Sequence record: SRR22947725_333
Length of the DNA stretch: 64,000 bases
Reading direction: 5' to 3' (one strand)
Shown one piece after another: positions 18,974 through 28,534 of this stretch. The position numbers and the translations under genes were made by a program. The notes under the pieces were generated by a model that was not told the DNA's origin, searched no databases, and worked only from the letters and a program-made list of their open reading frames with translations. Within the stretch, counting starts at the first letter, position 1; each line of letters opens with the position of its first letter.

Positions 18974-20124
18974 GAAAAGTGACTGTTGTCGTAGGTTCAC
19001 GAGCCAACTATGCCTCAATAAAGTCTGCCCTTGTTGCGATGCAGCAGTCTAACGAAATCGATCTTTCAATTGTTGTTATGGCGTCAGCCGTACTCGAGAG
19101 GTACGGGAATGTCGCGAGTATCATCGAGCGCGATGGCTTGGCAATAGCCGAGTCGATTAGCAGCATGGTAGAAGGAGAGACTCCACTCAGTATGGCGAAA
19201 TCTGCAGGTCTTGGTCTGATCGAGCTGACAACAGCATTCGATCGGCTTCAGCCTGAAATCGTATTCACAATTGGGGATCGCTACGAGACTATCTCTACAG
19301 CCGTGGCCGCAGCGTATATGAACATTCCTTTAGCTCACACTATGGGCGGTGAAGTCACTGGGACGATAGATGAGAGCATCAGGCACGCAGTCACTAAGTT
19401 TGCACATGTCCATTTTCCGGCAAGTAAAGAAGCCGCTGAAAGGATATTGAAACTCGGAGAGCATCCCGAATCAATATTCTTAGTTGGTTGCCCCCGCATA
19501 GATCTTGTGAGGGAGCTGCTCGAGGTTCCAACAGAAAATGATTTCCAGGAACTTATGTCTACGGGCGTCGGAGCGGATCTGGATTTTTCCCAACCATTCA
19601 TTTTGGTAAGCCAACACCCCGTCACAACTGAGTTTGGAAATTCCCAAAGGGACATTGTTGAAACATTGAACGCGGTTAAGAAAACTGGTTTGCAAGCCCT
19701 GGTCTTATGGCCGAATTCCGACGCAGGGTCAGACGAAATTTCCAAGGGGATAAGAAGGTGGCGAGAGACAGAACATGGTCTGAGGATGCGTTTTTACAAG
19801 AATTTGCCGGCAGAGACCTACCTTCGGCTCATGGATAAAGCGGCTTGCTTAGTGGGAAATTCTTCGAGCGGGATTAGGGAGGGAGCCTACATTGGCACTC
19901 CAGTCGTCAATATTGGGTCGCGTCAGCAGGGTAGAGAGAGAGGACTAAATGTAGTAGACGCAAGTCCAAATAGGAGCAGCATCGTTGAGGCGTTATCAGT
20001 GCAGCTTGACCATGGTAAGTATGATCGCAATGGTGTGTATGGGGACGGGCAGGCTGGGAAAAGAATTGCACAGGTTGTAGCGGGACTAGACAATGTCAAA
20101 ATTCAGAAACGTATTACATACTAG
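18970..20124 (+). CDS. neuC: Hydrolysing UDP-GlcNAc 2-epimerase (NeuC family)
   Basis: GSRANY, GDRYE, HTMGGE.TGTIDESIRHAVTK, QHPVT, WPNSDAG, GNSSSGIRE, NIGSRQQGRE. Confidence 0.9.
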   Translation: MRKVTVVVGSRANYASIKSALVAMQQSNEIDLSIVVMASAVLERYGNVASIIERDGLAIAESISSMVEGETPLSMAKSAGLGLIELTTAFDRLQPEIVFTIGDRYETISTAVAAAYMNIPLAHTMGGEVTGTIDESIRHAVTKFAHVHFPASKEAAERILKLGEHPESIFLVGCPRIDLVRELLEVPTENDFQELMSTGVGADLDFSQPFILVSQHPVTTEFGNSQRDIVETLNAVKKTGLQALVLWPNSDAGSDEISKGIRRWRETEHGLRMRFYKNLPAETYLRLMDKAACLVGNSSSGIREGAYIGTPVVNIGSRQQGRERGLNVVDASPNRSSIVEALSVQLDHGKYDRNGVYGDGQAGKRIAQVVAGLDNVKIQKRITY

Positions 20125-20125
20125 C

Positions 20126-20842
20126 GTGGCACCCAACACTTTCTTAGCAATCATTCCGGCCCGGAGAGGGTCAAAAGGCATCCCGAGGAAAAACATGCAA
20201 ATGCTCCATGGGAGGCCCCTCATCCAATACACCTTGGAGGCTGCCTTGAGGTCAAAATCCTTGGATAAGGTAGTTGTTTCAACAGATGATGCCCAAATTA
20301 TCAAGCTCGCGAGCGAATTTGGAGTTGAGTCAATTGTGCGACCCCCGGAACTTGCCAACGACGAAGCAACTACCCATTCGGCCCTAGTTCACGCTCTCAC
20401 TAAGTTTGAGACCGACGGGTACTACCCTGACGCGGTAGTCACCCTGCAGGCAACCTCTCCATTCAGAAGCCATTCCCACATCGACGAGGCCGTCGAGAAG
20501 TTTATCCGTGACCCAGGAGCTGATAGTCTGGTGAGCTGCGTCTCGGTGCCACACGTTTATCACCCTGATTCTGTAATGAAAATAAGCCCCACAGGTTACT
20601 TAGTTCCTGATAGTTCTCAGCAACAACCAACTCGCAGGCAAGATAAGAGGCCTGTTTTCGCGCGAAATGGTGCCGCCATCTATATCACCCGTGCTAGTCG
20701 CCTAACATCCTATGTTTTCGGGGGAAACATACTTCCCTTTGAAATGTCCCAAGAAGTCTCCTTGGACATTGACACCCCTTATGACTTAGAACAGGCAAGG
20801 ATGCTCATGGCGGCAAAAGAGGAATCGAGCTTGAGTGGCTAG
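20126..20842 (+). CDS. neuA: Acylneuraminate cytidylyltransferase (CMP-nonulosonate synthetase)
   Basis: IIPARRGSKGIPRKN, VSTDD, LQATSPFR, RRQD, NGAIY-like RNGAAIY, LDIDTPYD; start placed at in-frame GTG just after neuC stop. Confidence 0.9.
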   Translation: MAPNTFLAIIPARRGSKGIPRKNMQMLHGRPLIQYTLEAALRSKSLDKVVVSTDDAQIIKLASEFGVESIVRPPELANDEATTHSALVHALTKFETDGYYPDAVVTLQATSPFRSHSHIDEAVEKFIRDPGADSLVSCVSVPHVYHPDSVMKISPTGYLVPDSSQQQPTRRQDKRPVFARNGAAIYITRASRLTSYVFGGNILPFEMSQEVSLDIDTPYDLEQARMLMAAKEESSLSG

Positions 20843-22373
20843 TGAGAACCTCAGCTTTTTTCGCCGACAAAAACTAAATCGAAAAAGACCTGTCATTTTT
20901 GTTGGGGGTGATTTTGAAGAAAGTCAGTTTCTGTATTTGTTGCCATTCATTCAAGGCTACGCTAACGATCAAGGCGTAACTAATCTCGTGTTCGAACACG
21001 AGCCTGGCAGCAGAGTTAGAGACAAAAAGGTACTTTCGCAAATGCTAGAGTCTTTTGAGATTGAGTTCCTGATACCACAGGATTGCCGCAAGGTTGCCAC
21101 TCTGCGGCATCTTTTCCTGAAAGGTTTCTCCTTCCAGTCTTTGATGCTCGCCTTCCAGTCCTACCGCAAAGATTTGCTGACTGAAACCAATTGGAAGCGC
21201 TACCAGCTAATTCATTCTGTATTAGACCAATCGCGCATTTTTTCTAAAGACGGTGAGCTTAGCCCAAAGTTTCGTTCGAGATTGAGAGGTGCTCTCGTGG
21301 CTGTAGCTGGTCAGCGAACAATCAGAACGTTGAAGCGTCGATTTTTTCTGCACACTGTAATGCTGGGCCACACTGTGTACAGGAGCAGAGCAATTCTGGC
21401 GGAGGCGAGGGAATGTGAAGGAACTCGCGTAATTGCGCAATCTGCAAATGTGTTATTTTCAATTGGGCGTGACTCTGATCGTGGGTGGTCCATTTTAGAC
21501 CAACGGGAATTTTCAGCATTGTCACGGTTAGTTACCCCGGTTGAAGTCAGTGACTACTGGGCTCGCCGACTCCGGGGTGAGACTAGCTACTTCGACGCCG
21601 CTAATGCTTTTAGCCGTAGTTCTAGCGCACCGGCTAACCTTCCAAGAAATGTAATTTTTCTGCACGTTTTTAGAGATTCGTCGTTTAACCATTTGGACCG
21701 GCAACGAATCTTCATTGACTATGTGGATTGGATTATCGAAACCTTCAAAATAATTGAGAGGAGCAACGAAGAGTGGCTAATTCGACCGCATCCTAGCTCT
21801 GTCCGTTGGGGAGAAAATCAATTTGTTTGGTTGGAGAGTATTGGCAAGGCTATAAGGGGCGGGAGACTGCCAAACAATCTGGTAATCGAACGAAGTCGTA
21901 ATTCTAATTTTGACGTGTTGGCGAAGGCTGAGAGAGTAGTGACCTACCATGGCACAGTGCATTTAGAGGCTGGTAGCCACGGGATTAAGCCTATTGTAGT
22001 GGGAGATACAATGATGAGCTCACTAATGCCGGAACTTATTCACAAGCCCTCAAATTTGGATGAATACGCCTCACTTTTATTGACGGAGTCAAGCTCGAGT
22101 CAATTTCGACTTGGTGAATCTGGGGTCGATGCCTATCGGAGGCTCCTCTTTATTAGAGAGACAATGTTAGATTTTGGTTCGAACGTGGGGGCACTTCCCG
22201 TTTACAGGGGGGACAAAAAGGAAAAAGCTGATAGAAATTTCGAAGCGATGAGTGGGAAACTCAGCTCTTCAATAGTGGAATTTGAGCGCCTAGGCTATCT
22301 GTTCTCCAAGGGCCTAAGTCGTTCAGTCAATTTTGCGGTGTTGGATAAATTCCTAAAGTCTTTGAATGGGTAG
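20835..22373 (+). CDS. Hypothetical soluble protein, candidate CMP-nonulosonate glycosyltransferase (KpsS/Capsule_synth-like C-terminus)
   Basis: Overlaps the end of neuA; C-terminal half has FLHVFRD, IRPHP and TYHGTVHLEAG..GIKPIV motifs. Confidence 0.5.
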   Translation: MASENLSFFRRQKLNRKRPVIFVGGDFEESQFLYLLPFIQGYANDQGVTNLVFEHEPGSRVRDKKVLSQMLESFEIEFLIPQDCRKVATLRHLFLKGFSFQSLMLAFQSYRKDLLTETNWKRYQLIHSVLDQSRIFSKDGELSPKFRSRLRGALVAVAGQRTIRTLKRRFFLHTVMLGHTVYRSRAILAEARECEGTRVIAQSANVLFSIGRDSDRGWSILDQREFSALSRLVTPVEVSDYWARRLRGETSYFDAANAFSRSSSAPANLPRNVIFLHVFRDSSFNHLDRQRIFIDYVDWIIETFKIIERSNEEWLIRPHPSSVRWGENQFVWLESIGKAIRGGRLPNNLVIERSRNSNFDVLAKAERVVTYHGTVHLEAGSHGIKPIVVGDTMMSSLMPELIHKPSNLDEYASLLLTESSSSQFRLGESGVDAYRRLLFIRETMLDFGSNVGALPVYRGDKKEKADRNFEAMSGKLSSSIVEFERLGYLFSKGLSRSVNFAVLDKFLKSLNG

Positions 22374-22438
22374 TCGTTGAATTACTAACGTTTTCTTCAG
22401 GCAGCGGCTAGAACGAACTACACGGAGCGAGGAATGAT

Positions 22439-24286
22439 TTGTGCGGCATAGCGGGCGTTCAAGGCCCCAATAGCAGGCATCTTGTCCAGTCCATGGGCGA
22501 TGCCTTAGACCATCGTGGCCCTGATGGAGGCGGTACCTTCTTCGATCAAGAGAGCTCAGTTGCTCTCACCATGCGCCGACTTGCAATTCTAGATATTCCA
22601 GGGGGCAGGCAACCAATGGAGTCACAAGACGGGCGCTATGCCCTAGTTTTTAATGGAGAAATTTTCAATGCGCAGGAACTGCGCTTGGAGATGCAAAATC
22701 GTGGAATTAAATTCCAGTCCAGCCACTCCGATACTGAAGTTCTCTTGAACTTGCTTATTCATGAAGGAGTGTCGAGCCTCAACAAGCTGAATGGAATGTT
22801 TGTTTTTTGTCTTTATGACCGAGCTAAAGGAACTATCACCTGTGCCCGGGATCGCACTGGAATAAAACCTCTCTACTTTTACATAGACAGAGATTTTTTT
22901 GGCTTTAGCTCTGAACTAAAGTCCCTAGTTGAGCTCCCATTCGTTCCCAGAACTATTAATCCTCAAAGCCTATTGCATTACGCAAGCCTTATGTTTGTTC
23001 CCGGCGAAGACTCAATCTTAGAAAACGTAAAGAGGTTACTTCCGGCTCACTACCTAGTTTTTCAGGTTGAGTCTAGGAGACTTACAATCGAGCGTTGGTG
23101 GAGATTCGAGTTCAACCCTGATTATTCAATGACGCTAGATGATTGGAGTGCCAAAGTTCGGGAGACCCTAAAGTCATCCGTACAGAGGTGGGCGATTTCT
23201 GACGTTCCAATTGGTGCCTCGCTGTCGGGTGGGCTCGATTCTTCCGCCATAGTTACTTTTGCTGTTCAATCCGGCATAGAACTCAAGACTTTCTCTCTAG
23301 GCTACGATGCCCCGAATCACCCAAACTCTCTTGAAATGAAGGTAGCAAGGCAGCTGTCAAGTGAATTGGGAACAGACCATCAAGAACTAGTCTTCGACCC
23401 TATGGGGTTGGTGGACAACATAGAGCAAATTGTTCGATCCTTGGATGAACCCTACGGTGGAGGATTACCTAGTTGGATCGTATTCCAGGCTATGCAGGGG
23501 AAAGTCAAAGTTGCGCTAACCGGAGTTGGGGGCGATGAACTTTTTGGGAACTACGGCAAATGGATATCATCAGAGGCGAGATTTGGGATGATTGGCAGAA
23601 TGCCAAGGGTAAGCAGAATGCTGGTTGGACTCACCCCACTATTCCAAGCCCCCGAGAGTAGCCGCGTGTCAGTTAGGGACTTCACTCAAAGATTCTTCAA
23701 CGAGAATTACTATCTCAGTGAAAACGCAGTGGGTAAGGTTCTCTCTTTGCCAAGATCTAGCCTCAAGTCTACGCCGAACTACCTGTTTGACTCACTGAGA
23801 AATCCAGGAAGCATCCCCTCTAGAGATGTCCTTGCGATTCTCGACTTTGAGACTCAGCTGCCGGATGAGTTCTTATTGATGACTGATAGATTTTCGATGC
23901 ACCATTCAATCGAAGCCAGAACGCCATTCTTGGACAATGAAATGATACGCATTACATCGCAAATACCTGCCAGAGTAAGGACGAATTTGGCGGATCCCAA
24001 ATACCTTCTTCGCCAGGCCCTTAGAGGGACGTTGCCGCAATCGGTTATCACGAGTCCAAAGCGAGGCTTCACTGCGCCAATTGCTTCTTGGCTTCGCGGC
24101 CCACTGCGCGCTCTGACATTAGATGTCTTGAGTCCTTCGAACCTGGTTAAGGGGCAAATATTCAATCCCGCATTCCACTCCATGTACGTCCTGCCCCACA
24201 TGAGGGGGACTCACGACCATAGTCACCAGATTTGGTCACTCCTTATGTTCGAACTTTGGCGTCAAGAGTTTCGAGCCGAGCTATAA
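22439..24286 (+). CDS. Asparagine-synthase-like glutamine amidotransferase (AsnB/WbpS-like, glycan-modifying)
   Basis: MCGIAG N-terminal nucleophile, HRGPD, RRLAILD, FNGEIFN, SLSGGLDSS, GVGGDELF, DRFSM..SIEARTPFLD. Confidence 0.92.
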   Translation: MCGIAGVQGPNSRHLVQSMGDALDHRGPDGGGTFFDQESSVALTMRRLAILDIPGGRQPMESQDGRYALVFNGEIFNAQELRLEMQNRGIKFQSSHSDTEVLLNLLIHEGVSSLNKLNGMFVFCLYDRAKGTITCARDRTGIKPLYFYIDRDFFGFSSELKSLVELPFVPRTINPQSLLHYASLMFVPGEDSILENVKRLLPAHYLVFQVESRRLTIERWWRFEFNPDYSMTLDDWSAKVRETLKSSVQRWAISDVPIGASLSGGLDSSAIVTFAVQSGIELKTFSLGYDAPNHPNSLEMKVARQLSSELGTDHQELVFDPMGLVDNIEQIVRSLDEPYGGGLPSWIVFQAMQGKVKVALTGVGGDELFGNYGKWISSEARFGMIGRMPRVSRMLVGLTPLFQAPESSRVSVRDFTQRFFNENYYLSENAVGKVLSLPRSSLKSTPNYLFDSLRNPGSIPSRDVLAILDFETQLPDEFLLMTDRFSMHHSIEARTPFLDNEMIRITSQIPARVRTNLADPKYLLRQALRGTLPQSVITSPKRGFTAPIASWLRGPLRALTLDVLSPSNLVKGQIFNPAFHSMYVLPHMRGTHDHSHQIWSLLMFELWRQEFRAEL

Positions 24287-25591
24287 ATGCGAGCTGACAA
24301 GGGAGGCCTCGCGGTAGCTCGAAAGAAGCTTGACAATGCCCAGGTGATAAAGGTTGTCCACATGATAGCTGGACCTATTTCGGGCGGGGCCGCCAGAGGT
24401 GCAATCTCACTTCACCATGCACTTAGAGAGAACGGGGTTGACTCCACAGTAATAAACAACTCAAGTGGGCATGATGGCAATCAGGGCATAGTCCGCGTGT
24501 CAACAAATGGATATGATGCAGTCAAAAGGAGCTTCCTATGGCTAGCTGCCAGGCTTCCTATGATCTTCTACCCAAAACGAAAGAAGGTAATTTTTAACCT
24601 GGGCATTGATGGTGTCGCGTTCGAAAAAATGGATGCCTTCAAGCGCGCTGACATCATCCATTATCATTGGATAAATTCATTGGCTTCTATCAGTCAAGTT
24701 TCACATGTAAATAAGCCAGCAGTATGGACCCTTCGAGACATGTGGCCCTTGACAGGTGGCTGCCACTATGCGATGGACTGTCGAAAGTATGAATCGAGTT
24801 GCGGTGCTTGCCCTGTTTTAGGAAGTAAACGAAAAGTTGACATTACGACTAAAGTGTTGGAGGCCAAAAGGAAGAGAATTCCAAAGCACATCAAGATTGT
24901 GGGTGTTAGTTCATGGTTGAGTGATGCAGCCCGAAAGTCGAAGGTGTTCGAGGGGTTCGATGTTCGCACCATCCATAACGCAATTGACACTGTCAAATTC
25001 GCCCCGCTAGACAGAGTGATTGCAAAAGATCGACTAGGAATACCAAGTGACAAAATCCTCATTTTATCAGGCGCCTCAAATCTAAATGAGTTTTACAAGG
25101 GTCTGGAAATTTATCTAAAGGCGATTCCAAGAGTTGTATCGCAAAACGTGCTGTTTGGTTTTTTTGGCAAAATAGATAAGGCCTCTCTTGCGGGACTTTC
25201 ATCGGAATGGATCGATTTTGGCTTCATTTCTGACAACGAGAAATTAGCGCAACTCTACAGTGCAGCTGACGCGGTTGTCGTGCCTTCGAGGATGGACGCT
25301 TTTCCAAAGACAATCATTGAGGCAATGGCTTGCGGGACGCCTGTCATCTGCTTTAACACTTCGAGCTTTTCTGAGATTGTGAAACATCTCGAGACAGGCT
25401 ACGTCGCAAAGGCATTTGACTTCTTAGATTTGAGGGATGGAATCGACTGGGTTTGCCGCCTATCTCAAAAAGATTTGGACAGAGTCTCTTCCAAAGCTAG
25501 GCAAATAGCTGTGAAGAACTTTGACGTTAGTGTGGCAGCCCAGAATTACATAAGTCTCTACCAGGAGCTACTAGACTTAAGCGAGCAATAG
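24287..25591 (+). CDS. GT4 glycosyltransferase (WcaC-like)
   Basis: GGAARGA, DIIHYHW, WTLRDMWPLTGGCHY...CGACPVL, EAMACGTPV; true start may be GTG near 24344. Confidence 0.88.
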   Translation: MRADKGGLAVARKKLDNAQVIKVVHMIAGPISGGAARGAISLHHALRENGVDSTVINNSSGHDGNQGIVRVSTNGYDAVKRSFLWLAARLPMIFYPKRKKVIFNLGIDGVAFEKMDAFKRADIIHYHWINSLASISQVSHVNKPAVWTLRDMWPLTGGCHYAMDCRKYESSCGACPVLGSKRKVDITTKVLEAKRKRIPKHIKIVGVSSWLSDAARKSKVFEGFDVRTIHNAIDTVKFAPLDRVIAKDRLGIPSDKILILSGASNLNEFYKGLEIYLKAIPRVVSQNVLFGFFGKIDKASLAGLSSEWIDFGFISDNEKLAQLYSAADAVVVPSRMDAFPKTIIEAMACGTPVICFNTSSFSEIVKHLETGYVAKAFDFLDLRDGIDWVCRLSQKDLDRVSSKARQIAVKNFDVSVAAQNYISLYQELLDLSEQ

Positions 25592-25646
25592 CGAAATCTT
25601 CTTCGCAGACTTCCGTCTTCATCGGAGCAGTAAATTTGGGAGAGCT

Positions 25647-26651
25647 TTGACATATCTGGTAACTGGTTCCGCTGGCTTCATCGGATTTAGTGTCGCCCGG
25701 GCACTGCTTCAGAAGGGTGAAAGGGTGATTGGCGTTGACAATCACAACGATTACTACGACCAATCTCTAAAGCGGTCAAGGGTCGCGGTGCTTGAGAACT
25801 TTGAAGGCTACCACCACAACATTGTCGACATAACTGACTCCCGGGCAATGGGTAGTCTTTTTTCAACTTGGGATGTAGGTACGGTCGTTCATCTGGCAGC
25901 TCAGGCCGGGGTAAGGTACTCGATTGAGAACCCGACCGCATACGTCGAAAGCAATCTTGTGGGCTTTAATAATGTAATAGATTTAGCACGTAGTCACTCT
26001 GTATCGCATTTTGTGTATGCCAGCAGTTCGAGTGTGTATGGTTCAAATAATACGACTCCGTTCTCAGAATCCGATGCCACGGATCACCCTCTTTCACTTT
26101 ACGCCGCAACAAAGAAGTCAAATGAGCTTGTAGCCCACAGCTACGGCAGTCTTTTTCGATTACCCACGACCGGTCTAAGATTTTTTACAGTCTATGGGCC
26201 CTGGGGACGGCCTGACATGGCCCTGTTTAGATTCACTGAAAGCATAATCAGAGGTGAACCCATCACTCTTTACAACAACGGGGAACACAAGCGCGACTTT
26301 ACCTTCATTGGTGATGTGGTGCGCGCAATCATGATGATTGTTGAAAGGCCACCTGAACTTGAATCCTGTGAAGAATCAATCGCTGGCGCAAATCGATCCA
26401 AGCCTTCGCCTAGTCGAATTTACAATATCGGTAACAGTCAGCCTGTTGAGCTTTCGCACTATGTTAGGTCCCTTGAGAAGGCGTTGGGCTTGAAAGCTAA
26501 GGTCGCTCTGGCTCCTCTTCAACCTGGGGACGTCAGGGAAACTCATGCTGATATGAAGAGAATGCAAGAGGATTTCAATTTTGCCACGGAAGTCTCGGTC
26601 GAGGAAGGTGTTCAACTTTTTGTTGATTGGTATCGCGGATACTACAAGTGA
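25647..26651 (+). CDS. UDP-uronate 4-epimerase (CapI/Uge-like SDR)
   Basis: TGSAGFIG, HLAAQAGVRYS, ASSSSVYG, YAATKKSNE, RFFTVYGPWGRPDMA. Confidence 0.9.
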   Translation: MTYLVTGSAGFIGFSVARALLQKGERVIGVDNHNDYYDQSLKRSRVAVLENFEGYHHNIVDITDSRAMGSLFSTWDVGTVVHLAAQAGVRYSIENPTAYVESNLVGFNNVIDLARSHSVSHFVYASSSSVYGSNNTTPFSESDATDHPLSLYAATKKSNELVAHSYGSLFRLPTTGLRFFTVYGPWGRPDMALFRFTESIIRGEPITLYNNGEHKRDFTFIGDVVRAIMMIVERPPELESCEESIAGANRSKPSPSRIYNIGNSQPVELSHYVRSLEKALGLKAKVALAPLQPGDVRETHADMKRMQEDFNFATEVSVEEGVQLFVDWYRGYYK

Positions 26652-26739
26652 TTTTGGCGAACTTATCCGTAAATAATTGGACACACAACCTGTATGGCAA
26701 GTCTTGCAGTGCCTAGCTTCAGTCATTAGGTTGCCAGAG

Positions 26740-27198
26740 TCAAATAAGGCCAGCATCAACTCTCAGGCCTGACTCATTTTCGAGGATTGGAGTAAATCGA
26801 GTTCTTGTAGTTCCAATAGGCAGAGTGGTCTCGAATACCACAGTTGTGCCTTCCTGGATATTCCGCCCGATCTCTGCCGTCACTTCATCTATGGTTGAGT
26901 AATCGGGTTCGTTATCTGAGTTGACATAAAGCGGAACAGCCACGACTACAAAGTTGCATTTCAAGAGTGCTAATTTCAAGTCAATCGTCGCCGAGAATGA
27001 ATCCGACTTGAGTCCAATCGTCAACTTTTCAACGATCCCAGGTTCATCCACGTGGGGGATGCCTGAATTCAATCCATCAACCACATCGCTAGAGATGTCA
27101 ACCCCGTAGACTTTGCAGCCGTTTTCTGAGAGCGTTAGGGCTAGGGGAAGGCCGATCTTGCCAAGGCCGATAACGGCTACTCTTACGTCTTCCCTCAT
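26740..27198 (-). pseudogene. 3'-truncated nucleotide-sugar dehydrogenase (NAD-binding domain only)
   Basis: Good SD (GAAGGAG) and ATG, GLGKIGLPLA ... FETTLPIGTT, but it stops after 152 aa before the SPER motif; no continuation seen in other frames. Confidence 0.85.
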
Positions 27199-27322
27199 GG
27201 GCTCCTTCTCGTGTCGTGAGGAATCGATTCAAACCGAATCATGCGATTTGATAGGTCAGTTTGTTCACTTCGCAAGCTGACAGAATAAGGTTTTAAGATG
27301 CCTTTGTGATTGGAGTATCCAC

Positions 27323-28534
27323 TTGTCCACTTTCCAGGAAACAGGACGACCCAAAGTTGTGCTGGTAGGGATGCTTGACAGCATTCACTTTGCTCGGTGG
27401 ATCGCTCAGCTCGACAACCTCGGCATGGACTTTGTAATCACGGGAACCTCGCCATACAGAAGAATTCGACCGGAGCTAGTTGCTTTTGTTGAGGGGCATT
27501 CAAATGATTTTGTAATCAAGGAAATATTCTCAACTTTTAGCATATTTGGAAGGCGAGTCCTACCTGCAGTCTCATTCTTAGTGGATCGACTAATCCGCGA
27601 CAAACTCAGGGGGAGGTTGCTTTCCAGGCTTTTGAATCATGAGCAGCCTGACCTCGTGCACATAAACGAATTGATTGTCGCCGGATTTCCCTTTGAGGCA
27701 GCCACTAAGAATCTGCGCGTCTACCCCAAGCGTGTATGGCTCACGAATTATGGAAGTGAGCTTGTTTGGCGCATGCGGGGCAGGAATGCGCAACAAAGGG
27801 CCCGCATTCTTTTGGCGAAGGCAACGCATTTCTCGGCAGAATGCAAGAGGGACGCAAATCTGGCAAAAAGTTTGGGCTTTCAAGGGGAGATACTTCCACT
27901 TGTCCCCGTGTCAGGCGGGCTTGCGCTATCGAAGATGGAAGAAAGTGAATCCAGGCAGGTGATCGCATTGAAGGGATATCAGAATTCGATTGGGCTGGGC
28001 GCTGAAGCCCTCAAGATAGTAGGCGAATTCTGCCGTCAGCACCCTTCGCTAAATTTGCGCATAGTGGCATTCGCATCCAACCTCAAGACTCGACTCGTGG
28101 CAGCAAGGTTGAGATCGAAAGGGGTCAGTGTTGTGGCAATTCCAAAGGGTAAACTCTCGCACGCAGACATGATGAATTTGCTTCAGGCTTCTGCAGTTTA
28201 CGTTGGTGCCTCAAGGTCAGACGGGATATCCACATCAGCAATTGAGGCCATGGCCAATGGTGCCATTCCCATACAAACAAGTTCATCCTGTGCATCTGAG
28301 TGGTTTGTCGACCGGCAGACAGGCTTTTCAGTGAATCCCGACAATCTCGACGAGATCACCAGATCATTAGAACATATTTATTCCCCGGCATTTGACTCAT
28401 TTGAGGCTAGATTGATGAACCAAGATGTCATAAGGCAGAAGGCCAGCCTGGCTTATGTGAAAGATGCAGCTCGCGCGTCATACAGGAAGGTAATCTTTGG
28501 GGATGACAGAAACAGCCAACCCGCAACTGATTAG
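27323..28534 (+). CDS. GT4-like glycosyltransferase
   Basis: DSIHFARW, PDLVH, SRSDGISTSAIEAMANGAIPIQ. Confidence 0.75.
   Translation: MSTFQETGRPKVVLVGMLDSIHFARWIAQLDNLGMDFVITGTSPYRRIRPELVAFVEGHSNDFVIKEIFSTFSIFGRRVLPAVSFLVDRLIRDKLRGRLLSRLLNHEQPDLVHINELIVAGFPFEAATKNLRVYPKRVWLTNYGSELVWRMRGRNAQQRARILLAKATHFSAECKRDANLAKSLGFQGEILPLVPVSGGLALSKMEESESRQVIALKGYQNSIGLGAEALKIVGEFCRQHPSLNLRIVAFASNLKTRLVAARLRSKGVSVVAIPKGKLSHADMMNLLQASAVYVGASRSDGISTSAIEAMANGAIPIQTSSSCASEWFVDRQTGFSVNPDNLDEITRSLEHIYSPAFDSFEARLMNQDVIRQKASLAYVKDAARASYRKVIFGDDRNSQPATD

Noticed and set aside
26376-26759. 127-aa minus-strand ORF as a frameshifted continuation of the truncated dehydrogenase
   Set aside because: Lacks SPER and GGHC dehydrogenase motifs and mostly overlaps the epimerase gene antisense
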